64,000 nt of DNA from Stegostoma tigrinum (taxonomy: Eukaryota). Each line of letters starts with the position of its first letter. The stretch's first letter is position 1. Under the pieces are notes generated by a model. The model made no database searches and was not told the DNA's origin. It saw nothing but the letters and a program-made list of their open reading frames with translations. Positions 52,150 to 64,000 of the stretch are shown here, in pieces. The position numbers and the translations under genes were made by a program. Location of the stretch: NCBI RefSeq assembly GCF_030684315.1, contig NC_081375.1, positions 37,368,068 to 37,432,067 of the forward strand, given 5' to 3'.

Positions 52150-52228
52150 ATGATGGAGAATGAAAAATCATACGGAAAACATTATGGATCCCTTGAATCA
52201 ACTACGTGGAAGGCAGATAATGTAAAAG
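52150..52228 (+). CDS. bMERB domain-containing protein 1-like, coding exon 1
   Basis: MMENEKSYGKHYGSLESTTWKADNVK followed by a G|GTAAAA donor; resembles recalled human BMERB1 LEAEKPLRRYGAVEETAWK; phase 1 matches the next exon; CpG-rich patch upstream (~51880-52000). Confidence 0.75.
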
Positions 52229-53869
52229 GTAAAATAAAATGTCCGTGGTATTTTGTTTGTTCGCGTTTCTTCCACAGAGAGTGATGAAAAGGTGGCACCT
52301 GGTGAAAAGAGAAAATCTGTGTTCAAACAATCCTTGGTTTGGATGTATGTGCCAGAGCTTGGTTTGTTTAGCTAGCCAAGTTTAAATGCTTGCTCTGTTC
52401 CCCTACCCTCGTCATTGTCACATCATTCATTTATGTATCCTGTTTTCTTTCAGTAAGTCAATCCTTTGAAATGCACCTAAGTGTGTCGTTGGAAATACAC
52501 CTAACTCAGTACTGAACCTGACTCGATGCTGAATGCTGCTGTGCGGGTTGCGTGCTCCGGAATGGGCACGAATTCGCACAGTTCTGTCGATTTTAAAAAT
52601 CACTTCACATGCAACAGTTTGCTCTTTTTTGAAAATTCAGTCTCCTTTTTAATGTTTGACAGAGAATCTCTGCCCCCTCTCCCCACTTTAACATATTTGC
52701 GAGGATGAAAAGCAGGTGAACACAAGCCTTGCAGTTCTGTATAATACAAAAGCTCATGCTCTTCGACATCTCAACATCGGATAAACCCAGCTAAATTACG
52801 TACTCAAGCGATCAAACTTATTCAGTACCATTTCTCACCTTAACAATGCATAACTTTGGATATAGTTGTATACCGAATCGGTAATGGTTGTTCGAGTCAG
52901 CGTTGCAGCAAAGTACATGCTTCAACAAAAGCAATATTGAATTTGGATCAATTTTAACTTATAACTTCCTTTTTGATACGTAAAGGAAGCTTAACACGTC
53001 AAGAGGATTCTAAAGGAGGCAAGGGAAGGAAGATCAGAAATTATCAAAATATTTTAGAAATTATACCGAAAAGGATACTGAGAGGCACCAGGTATCTGGT
53101 CCTGAGAGTTTGAATATGACATGAACCTCGCAATGTTTCCTGGTTTGGGAACTCCATAGATGACTGATATTGTTGGGATCAGCCCTGTGAAACATGAAAC
53201 AGAATGCAGCAGACGTGTAGATGGGTGTGTCAGAAACCAATCGAGGCGTGCTTGATTTTGGTTATCTGTGAAATAGGGTTGTGTTTCGTGTCACAGCACC
53301 AACTACCACATAGATGATTGCAGAAAATAGTTCATTTGTATGTAACTTGATTAAATAAGTTGGAAATACTGCATGGTAAGGAACAGTCCACCAGTTTTTT
53401 TACCCGCATTATCATGAACACTCAAGCATCTTCGAATAATTATGGATTATTAGGAAATTAGCACAAAACGTTTTTTAATATAGGAACACCCTTTGAGAAA
53501 AATTGCTCTGGCTTGTTCCTGCTTGACTTTTGCTTTGCTGCTGTTTGTTTCAGCTCTCGTTCAGAGACTGGGCAGCTGCCTCCTGTTTAAGGCAACTGTC
53601 ATCTTTACTCAAAACATTAGTTTGCTCTCTTCCGGTGAATGCTGCCTGATCCATTGTGTTTGCCAACATTTTTTGTTTTCAGGCATGACAAAACCGTCAA
53701 AAGCATTTCCCAGAGTGGAGTTCCATCTTTCAAGGTAGATCATCGCGAGAGTTGTTTAGTTTTCACAAAGAATACATCATAAGATGGTTTTTACAGATTG
53801 TTGGTTAAGGGTCCAGAAGAACCCACCACAACCCAGATTTTGCAGGCCAGTGGTGAGGTGACAAAATCT

Positions 53870-54620
53870 AACAATTGTTATAAGATCATGGCTGATCTGA
53901 TTGTAACCCCAAATCCACATTCCCACCTACCCTGATAACACTTTACCCTTGATAACTTTTAAATCTTTTTTGTAATAAGAATCTATCTACCTCTGCCTTA
54001 CAAGTGTTCAACTCCACTTCCACCATCTTTTCCAGAAGAGAATTCTCAAGACTCACCACCCTCAGAGAAAAAGTTTGCCTTATTTCTAATTAAATGGGTG
54101 ACCCCTGATTTTTAAACAGTGACCACTGGTGTCATCAGCAAATTTGCAATCATACCTTTTGTCCCTTTGACTCAGTCATTTACAACAAATTGTAAACAAT
54201 TGACATCCCAGCATTGCGTACTGTGGCACACCTCTTATTACATTTTGCCAACTTGAAAAAGACCGATTTATACCTACTGTCTGCTTCCTCTTTTGTACCA
54301 ATCTTCTATCCATGTCAACATGCTAGCCTCTCCATTGTGAGCTTGTACTTTCCGCATTAACCTTTGATGTGGCACCTTATCAAATACTTTCAAAAAGCCT
54401 AAGTGAAATACATCTCCCAGTTCCCATTTATCCACAAATAGTGTTACTTCCTCAAGGAATTCCAATAGTTGTGCCAAAAATGGTTTCCTTTTCACAAAAC
54501 TCATGTTGACTCTGCCTGAATTCCTAGAACTTACACAAGTGCCCTCCTTTAATTTCTTTAATAATAACTTCAAACATTTTTGCTATGCCAGAGATTAAGC
54601 TAACTGGCCTGTAGTTTTCC
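53870..54620 (-). mobile_element. Decayed CR1 RT fragment
   Basis: LLEFLEEVT...LGFLKVFDKVPHQRLMRKV...LTWIEDW. Confidence 0.8.
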
Positions 54621-57600
54621 ACTTCCTTTCTTCCTCCCTTTTCTTCTATCAGTTCTGAGAAAGGGTCACTGGATCCAAAATGATAACTCTGCTTTCTGTC
54701 CACAGATGTTTCTGGAACTGCTGAGTTTTTTCAGCAATTTCTGTCTTTGTTTCTGCAGTGTTAATTTTATTCTGGTGCCCACTTTCTGAGCTGTCCAGTC
54801 TGGCAGCAACAACTTTGCTAAGTAGTCAGTAACATTGCGGAATTCTCACAGACAGAAAACCCAGAAGTATCAAGCAGCTTTTATCATTTACTTAAAAAAT
54901 GCACATCAGGTTAATATCTAATTCAAACAATAACAAATTTTTTAAAAATGTAAAAATTGATTGCATTTTAAGCTTAACGGAGGAACTTCACTCTCCACAC
55001 ATTTAAAGTTTGTTTTAGCAAGTCTAGATAGTTTCAGCAATACTTATGAGTTAGTATTGAGATACCTAAGTATCCCTTAATTAAGAAGGCATAATTTTTT
55101 TCAAAGGTTTTTACGACAAAACTTGTGACATTAGATGCGGAGGTATGCATTAATTCAAGTGATTTCTAAGATTTTCATCCACCAAGATTACATCAGCACA
55201 TCCTGCAGTGGCGAGGAGATTTATTGAAAGAAACTTTTAAATTTTTGATTTAATTTGTGTGCTAGAAATTGCTATTAGTTTCACCGAGTAATGATGGTGA
55301 ACACTGACTGCTGTTATCTTCATTAAAACTCAAGCAACATGATAACACAATGCATCAGTGTACAAATTTGAAAGTATCCATTGCACCATAACTGGTGATT
55401 GAACGACAAACCCAATATTAACTTGTTCATTATCTCCCAGTTGCCTTTGTCAACGAATTGATCTGTAATGGCCATAATGTCAGAATATTGATTATTAGGA
55501 AGGATTTTGGCAGCTACATGTAGGAAAAGAAGGTCTATCGGCCATGAAGTATGCCCATTGCCTTATTCCGCCACAAATGCAGAAGAGACTAACATGTTAG
55601 AGTGGGGCGCCTGAGCCAGACCAAACAACTTAAAACAGAGTTAACCACCATGGTATAAATTATTGTTATACGAGACAGAAAGCTAGCACAATGAGTAAGG
55701 ACATTTTCAGTTGCAAATCCAACATTATCAGAAGTAAAATGAGTAAAACGTGTACAACTTTAAAAAAAACATAGGAACTATTTTTCAAATGTAACATTTT
55801 AAACTTAATAAAATGTTAATTTACTAGTGTTAATTGCATATTTTATAAAGCATATGCTAATGTACTATGGTGCTAAATCTCTGGTCTCTTTTGAAGCATC
55901 AGATGTTGGGAGCAAAACATTGTTTGTAATGTACCTATGTTGTTATTAATGACTAATACTGTCAAATATTACAATAAATCCTTCTTCTAACCCGATATAT
56001 TTTGGCAAAAGAAGTTTCATCTAGACACTATAACTGTTTCTCTTGTATAGCCAACGCACCATGACCCCTTTCTCCAGCATCTGAGGTAGCTATGAATTTG
56101 GATCTCCAATTAATGTGTTGTATTGAATAGAAATAAATAATACTGTAATAGATTGAAGGAACTGGAATTGCCTTGTTTAGAGTAAATCGTACTTTTAGTT
56201 CCAATGTTCTAACGTGGTTTTGACTGACTACATTGCTAAAATTGAAAGTGTAATGATATTCCATTTTGTAATGTAAGTCAATCCATTACCAATGTAGCAT
56301 TTTACATGCCGTTCTTCATGGAATGTAGCATCTGATTTCAGTGGAATCAAACCTGGCTTGACTCCTGAAACAGCAACTGAACTAATGCAGCAGATCAATT
56401 AGCTGAGAAAACACACAAGTCATCTTCTGCCATCTCATTGTCTGAATGGTATGAATCATGGTGACCTGACTTAGCAAATTGCTCTGGAGAAAAAGAACTA
56501 CACTGTATTTCCTGCTACTGTGCAGAATGTACTGTTTCATGTCAACCATTGTAACATTCAATCATGGAAGGTTCATTTGTTCTCAGTGTGTGGGTGAAAT
56601 TGGCAAGCTACCTTTATCTCATTTCCTTAGTTGCCTGATGGAACAATGGTGAGCAACATTCTAAGAAACAGTGATTGATTTTAGGACTGTTTTTGAACTT
56701 ATAATTAGTCAGGCACTGTTTATGGCAGTTGACAACTTTATTGTCACTTATTTATAGTACTAGTCTACAGGGTATCTAGTTAGATTTGAGCTGTTTCTGC
56801 ACAGATGTTATATGTTATGTTAGCTGAAACTCTCATTCATGCCTTTGTTATCTCAAGATTTGACTATTCAACACACTCCTGGTTAGTCTCCTACATTTAA
56901 ACATCCATAAGCTTGAGGTCATTCAAAACATTTTTGCCAATGTATTAACTTGCAAGTTCTAATTCCGTGTTATCCCTGTGCAGACCTACCTTGGCACCTG
57001 AACAAGCAATGTCTTGACAGTAAAATTCTTAGCCTTTTTAATAATTCCTCCAAGTCCTTGACTCTCCCTATGACTGCAATCTACTACAGCCCCAAGATCT
57101 TCCAGGGTACCTGCATTCCTCTAGTTCTGGCTTCTTATTCCCAGTTATAATTGCTCTGTCATTGGTAGCTGGGACTTCAATTGCCTGGGCCCAAGTTTTG
57201 AAATTCCTTCCATTCACTTCTCTATCACACTTTCCTTCTTCAAGACACACCTTGAAACCTACTTCTTCGACCAAGTTTTGGCTACCTGACTTAATATTCC
57301 CTTATGTGACTCAGTGTCATATTTTGTTTTATTAGCTCCTGTGAAGATCTTGATTAGGACGTATAATTATATTAAAGGTGCTATTCAAATATGAGGTTTT
57401 TTTTGGTAAGCAGTACACCTTTTTGCATTTGTAAAGACAGTTTATTTTTACTATGAAACCACTCCGACTCATGAAGTATTCAAGACCATTTGTGTCAATA
57501 CCCAACATTATTTTGTATTGTCTGTTTGGATAGAATGTGGAACAATGGGACTGGACCAGAATTGTTACAAAGCACAGGATCATGGAAAAAGTATGCAGAG

Positions 57601-57849
57601 AATATCCAGAGAATAAGGGTGAGCCACTGTAGACGCAAAATTAATTAAGGAATAGTAAACAAAAAGAAGTGATGAAAGTTGTTTTTCAGATTGGGAGAAA
57701 ACATGTTCTACTTTTGAAATCATTGCTGTTTTGGTTTATTTAATGATCTGGACTTGGGCTTTTAGGGCTTAATTTCAATGTTTGGAGATTTATGTATTTA
57801 ATTTTCTTTGCAAAGAATGATAACATACTATTAGTTTTCCTAATTATTT

Positions 57850-59200
57850 CCTGTACCTTTTATGATTTATGCACTTGGATCCTTCAACATCTCAGAGCTC
57901 TGCAATCTCTCAACACTCACATAATATGCTTCTTTTTTCATTCTTCTAGTCAATGTTAGCAACTTCACATTTTCTCACATTATACTTCATTTCCCAGATT
58001 TTTGCCCATTCACTTAGCCTATTTTCCCTTGCAGCCTCCTTACATCCTCATCAAAATGTCCTTTCCTACTTTGTGTCATCAGCAAATTTAGCAACCATAC
58101 ATGCTGTCCCTTCATCCAACTCATTTATATAAATGATAAAAAGCCGAGCTCCAGCACTGATCCTTGTGGACACTACTTGTTACAACGTACCCAACAGAAA
58201 ATGACCCATTTTTACCTACTTTCTTTTCCTGTTAGCTAAAAAATCTCCTACCCATGCCAATATGCTATCCTATGCACCATGGGCTTAGTTTCCTCATTAA
58301 TCTTTGTGGCTCCTTATCAAGGGCCTTCTGGAAATCTAAGTACAGTACATCCATTGGTTCACTTTTTATCTCCAGCACCTGTACTACTTCACAAAGAATT
58401 CTAGTAGATTGCTTAAATCTGATGCCCCTTTCACAGAACCATACTGACTTTACCTGATTACCTCAAACTTTTCTCAGTACCGTGCATAACATCTTTAACA
58501 GTAACTTGTCCCTTTGACTAAGTCATTTACAAAAATTATAAACAATTGACATCCCAGCACTGAGCACTGTGGGGCAACTCTCATTACATTTTGCCAACCT
58601 GAAAAAGACTGATTTATACCTACCCTCTGCTTCCTGTTTAGCACCAATCTTCTATCCATGTCAACATGCTACCAGTTAAATGAACTGGCCTGTAGTTTCC
58701 TTTATTCTGACTCTCCATTATTGAACAAAGAAATTACATTTGCTATTTTCCAATCTAATTAAACCTTCCCCAAATCCAGGGAAGCTTCTAAAATTAAAAC
58801 CAAAGCATGAACTATCTCACTCGCCATTTTTCTTAGGATCCCAAGATAAAGTCCATTAGGACTTGTCAGCCCAACAATTTGCTTTGTAACATTTCTCTAG
58901 TGATTATCATTTCCTTTGGCACCTCTCTCCCTTTCTTCCTGATTTATTTCTGTGATTTATTTCTCTCCTCTACATTGAAAACTGATGCAAAACACTTGCT
59001 AAATTTCCTCCCCTTATTTTCCATTACTAATTCTCCAACACATTTTCTGGTGAACCAACACTATCTTAGCTATCTCTTTTCCCTTTTAAAACTCTATAGA
59101 TATTTTTATATTTCAGGCCAGCTTTCACTCATACTCTTTTATACAACATTTCCATTTGAAATAAAGGCCAACATTCCATCTGCCTTCCCTGTTACCTGAC
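57850..59200 (-). mobile_element. Decayed CR1 RT fragments
   Basis: Reverse complement of LDFQKALDKEP and KFADDTK-type motifs (GTGTCATCAGCAAATTTAGC); part resembles 54160-54325. Confidence 0.7.
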
Positions 59201-60398
59201 ATGTTACAATTGATTTTTCTTCCAATGTACTCGTTTTACTGGAATGAATAGGAGCGGCATAGGATCAAATGCACTCTCCTTGTCCCCTCCCCACTTGGGT
59301 GCTATCATTTCAATGAAAGCACTTCCTGCTCTTCACATACTTTTCAAACTTGCTGCCTCCTCTCTTGGTCCTGTCTTTATAATGAAGCCACTCCATTGTG
59401 ACTGGGCTTTTTTTGCTCTCTTGGCGAGGATGTGTAAATAGTGTAACCAATTCTTGTAGCTGTTTAGTGTCCATGGTAATAATAACATTAACTTGAATAT
59501 TGGTAATAGTGATTTTTAATACAAAAAATGTTTTCTGGTCATTCACAGAGGGTTAATTCAGGAAGAGAGGACATTGATCCATAGAAGTGAAGATGAACTT
59601 TAAGAAACCTTTTAAATGAGGCAAGGGTTTAAGAATGAATTTCTAGAGCTTGATGTCAGGGCAGCCAAAGAATTTCTAGCTCCCAATAGTACAACAAAGG
59701 GAGAGGAGATGCAAGCCAGAGTCTGAAGTAAGGACAGGTCTAAGATTGGTGGGTTGCCACTGGAGAGCTAAAGGAGGCTGCACAGATGGGTGGAGGTGAA
59801 TCTGTAGATTTGTACGTCAATTGCTCTAGATCTATAATGCAAATTGTTGATGTATACCATGAGTCGGAACTGTTCCAGAATGATATGGGATACTTCAATC
59901 TTCTCCCACTACGACTGGACCTGGTGATAACAAGTGAATGGAACAACTGCTATTTATTAGGACATTGGACTACATGTCTGATCTAACATGAACCCTGCAA
60001 TACAAAGTTTGATCTCTTTGATTGTATTATTCATTTAACCAGTATGTTATGATCTGTGTCTATCATACCGAAACTTCAAGTATCATGAGTATAAGTAATG
60101 GCAAATTATCATTTTTGTATGGCGATAAAGAATATTTAATGTGATGAAAACATTTAAAGTGTCGCCAGTATCAGTGAATTTTAAAGCTAGAGTTTAACAT
60201 TTCTGGGTGTGTATTTCAAAACAATGGATAAAGAAAACAAATGCTCCATCTTCCATCCAACTTCTCACCTTCTATCAGAAAATTTGAAGATCATTTCCTC
60301 TCTTCTATGCGTTATGCAATAATGTCTTCCAAAAATCAGGATTCATGTCTCATGGTGTAGGTTTTTCCAGACATCACTACATTTTAAGATGCAAATAA

Positions 60399-60551
<153 letters not shown>

Positions 60552-63384
60552 TAAGTATGAGTTTTACTTTATTCTAATATTTATCATTATGATATAAATT
60601 ATGTATTGCTGGTGCTTCAGTAAGCTGCAAGAATTTTTCTCTATGTTCATTTATAATTGTTCCTTACTTACAGTATTTGGAACATTATGATCTGAGCTGA
60701 TGTTACTACTAAACAAGTTAGGTCCCAGATTGAAATCTGGCTTATTAGGGGACTTTTTAAAAAAAAAATGATATACCTTGCACTGAAACACGAGCACAAA
60801 ATGCTGCAGATTGAATTTATAGTGAAACAGGAGTTTGTTATGGAAAAGAAAAGATAAAAGCAAAATAGGTTATTTACATAAAACACAGTTTTAAAAACAC
60901 ATGACAAGATGCAATATTCCCAAAAACGCCTCAGGAGTTGTTAAACATGAGAGACAATTCCCTCTCTATTACACCTATATATATTGGCTTAAGTGTTTTT
61001 TTCAATTTTCAGTCTTGAAAGTTTGATAGCCTCCTCTTTGAGTATTCAAACAAGCTGAGCTTAGGTTTTCTCAGCTTCAAGTAACCTCTACAAGGTTCTA
61101 ACCAAACATTTCTGATTTGCGACTTTGAAACTAAACTCCTTGCTTTGAAGTAACTTATTTCTTAACAGTTCTAAACTGCCTCCCGTCTTCAAAAGAAACT
61201 GCTTTACTATATCTAATTTCCGCTAGGACTTCTGCAAATTAAAGTCAGAAGTCTTTCCAAACTGTGGGTGTTGATCCAGGTTCAGTTGTGACATATTTAA
61301 ATGACTATTGGACAGTACATGAATTGGAAAGGTTTAGAGGGATATGGGCCAAATGCAGGCAAATGGGACTAGACTAGTTTAGGAAACCTGGATGAGTTGG
61401 ACTGAAGAGCCTGTTCCCATAACTCTAAGCCAAGAAAAAAAATCTGGATTCATCTAACTGAAAGCCTAATGTAGTTCACTATTTATTGCGTTCACTCATA
61501 GAAACCTCCCAGTGCAAACAAATTTCCATTACTCTTCAGGGACTATTTCTCTCATACTGCTTTTCTGAAACAAAATGGTTGCAGAAAACCTGACAAACTA
61601 ACTCCTTTATACCACATGGCACTAATTCAAAGTCCAAACTTATGCACACGTATTAAAAAAAACACCTCCATCACAGGAGTAATTCCTTTTCTATTTCTAA
61701 CTGTTTCTAAGCAACATCTCACAAAACACACAATTTAAAATGTTATATCTAGGACTGGTTCTGTCTAGTTATGTCATTAACAAACAATGTAGCTGATATA
61801 TTTACAGGACTACTTGACTCCATCAGCTGTAAAAAGTATCAACTATTTAAACAGGAGCTTCATTGCATCTTGTAACCCCTTGGAGTCATTAACAAAGACC
61901 TAGTTTCATTCATTCTGTGAATACAGATTGAATTGAGACATTGGGAAGGTACAGCCAGGGAACAATATGTGAGGGGGAATGGTAGTGGATGGATAAAGAT
62001 GGGAACACAATAAACTTTGGAGGAAAATTAAAAATAGTATGAACCTAATTGCTCATTCTCACAACGTAATGTTTGTTGGTTTATTTTTAAAGCATTAGCA
62101 AATCAAGTATTTGTTGTTAGGTTCAAGTAAAGTGTGTTTTGAGAAAGCTACTTACATTTATTTTGTTATATTTGATCAATTTTTTTGTACACAGCCTTTG
62201 CTGAACTTTTCTGCAGTGAAATGAAAGTTGTGTCCAATGGTCTGTTAAAATTTGGTACCATTATTGCCTATATTTAAAAACTACTGGGTTCAGGGAGAAC
62301 CTTCAAGCTTTTTGCAACCTACAGAAGGATTATACAAAGACCACCACACATGGTTACAGTATTCCTTTCATTTGTATGTGTGATTGTTGCATTGTTGTGA
62401 TGCTGATATCACTCGTCCTGTTCAAGGACAATCATTTTTGACTTTACATAAAAAATAATTGGGTGTGCTTTCATTTGCAGCATATGACACAGGCACTATT
62501 TTGTAGAATAGAGGATACTCAACGATTATTCCTCGAATTTCAACAATGTAATATTTTAAATGAATTATATGCTAATGATCTCTGAAAGCTAATGGTAGAC
62601 CGCCCTGAAGAATCTTGAAGTCACTGTTCTTTAATAGCTTGCATATTTGCCAGCTGCTAAAATTTATGAGAAATAGAAGTTAAAGCTCCAATGAGGCACA
62701 CACTTGTCTTGACACCAGAGTATGTTCCATCAAATAGGATGCTTTGATTGAATTGAACTGGTAACTGAAGAGAATATTACTTCTCTCATCTGATGGACTG
62801 CTCTGTGCTCTGCTGGCCTTTGGTAATATTGCTGTTTGAAATTGATCGATTAAAATTTTCTGGGGCAACATATGATATCCTATTAGAAGAAGATGCATAT
62901 CACCTGCTTCCTTTTTACGTCAACCACTGTGGCCCACTACAGCATCAAGAAAACATTGTGCTGACAGTTTACAGACCCTAAGTATGACACTTGGAACAAT
63001 AGACTGAGGATTGATTTGACATCAGTAGGGATTTTTTTTTTATGGATACTTGTTGCAAGTACAATGCTTCAATAATCTGAACTGAACATAGTGGCTAAGG
63101 AACGTGCTTGTATCTGTGGTGGCATCTTTACTGTCTCCGCAGTTTCAGAGCAGAGATTTCTTTTCCTCGATCACCCGTGCCATCTTTATCTCTCATCATC
63201 TGCATGTTAGCAACCATTTCAAGTGTGAACCGCCTCTTGGCACTGATTTGGGAAGTTAGTTGACCCTTGTTTCTTCACTGTTCCCCACACCATGTGGAAC
63301 TCAGCTAGCTATCTCTCTGCTGGCTCCACCATTGATTTAGTCTGCGAAGTGGGACAGGACAATTCACTTTTAATTTCTCTCATT

Positions 63385-64000
63385 TTCTTCAGGTCAGACG
63401 GGTGGGCATAGTTATCCACATCAACCCCAGTTATGCCTGTCTCTTCGTGGGCATGTGGAACTTACCTTATTCCCGTCCTATTCTGACCCCCATCCACAAC
63501 TCTTTCTATGGTATATCAATGATATCATTGGTGTTTCTTCCCTCTTTCATCACAATAGGAAAGGTTTATTGATTTTTGTTTCCAGTTTCCACCTGCTCTC
63601 ACCTTCACCTGGTCCATCTCCGACTTCTCCCTTCCCTTCCTCAACATCTCTGTTTCCATTTCTGGGGATAGGCTAGTCACGTTTATCCACGATAAACCCA
63701 CTGACTTCCACAGTTACCTTGACAATACATTCTCACACGCCGCATCCTGTAAAGAGTCTATTCCATTCTCCCAGTTCCTCTATCACTGTTGCATCTGTTC
63801 TAATTAAGTCAACTTCGACAAGGGTGCCTCTGAAATATCCATCTTCCTCCCCATTTGAGGATTCTCCAGCACTGTTGTTGACAGGGTCCTCAGCCCCTTT
63901 TGGCCCATCTCCCAGACTTTGGCCCTCACCCATCCCTTCCCTCCCACAACAGCAATAGGATCCCCCTTGTATTTATCTGCCACCCCATCAGCATCCATAA
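63385..64000 (+). mobile_element. Penelope-like element RT fragment (runs off the window end)
   Basis: Decayed PSYACLFVG, LFLWYINDIIG (YIDD motif) and KPTDFHSYLD..SH.ASCKESIPFSQFL, typical of PLE RT. Confidence 0.85.

Noticed and set aside
54160-58670. Two similar ~165-bp segments (54160-54325 and 58507-58670)
   Set aside because: Both are diverged CR1 RT fragments, so ordinary repeat homology explains them.

Overview
Vertebrate genomic DNA, most likely a shark or other cartilaginous fish (HE1-like tRNA SINE; CR1, Rex-Babar and Penelope repeats). Three protein-coding genes were reconstructed by hand, with identities from recalled protein sequences rather than a database search: (i) the first five coding exons of MYCBPAP on the minus strand (22214 down to 14, continuing beyond the window), with RFX X-boxes at its 5' end; (ii) MFSD6L on the plus strand as one 648-aa coding exon (28495-30441), head-to-head with MYCBPAP across a CpG-rich promoter; (iii) the first two coding exons of a BMERB1-like gene (52150-52228, 60430-60550), possibly the 2R ohnolog of BMERB1. 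Most other ORFs in the track are decayed retroelements or noise. The most striking unexplained structure is a set of young 160-240 bp fold-back (hairpin) insertions built from the hammerhead-ribozyme-bearing terminus of Penelope-like elements. Four are flanked by 14-15 bp target-site duplications and fold at different short palindromes in or near the hammerhead core. Also notable: an apparently perfect 193-bp inverted duplication with a templated-looking spacer, a ~130-bp GAPVD1-like coding fragment inside a MYCBPAP intron, a decayed tRNA-Ser(UGA) among tandem SINE units, and a uORF whose stop overlaps the MFSD6L start codon.
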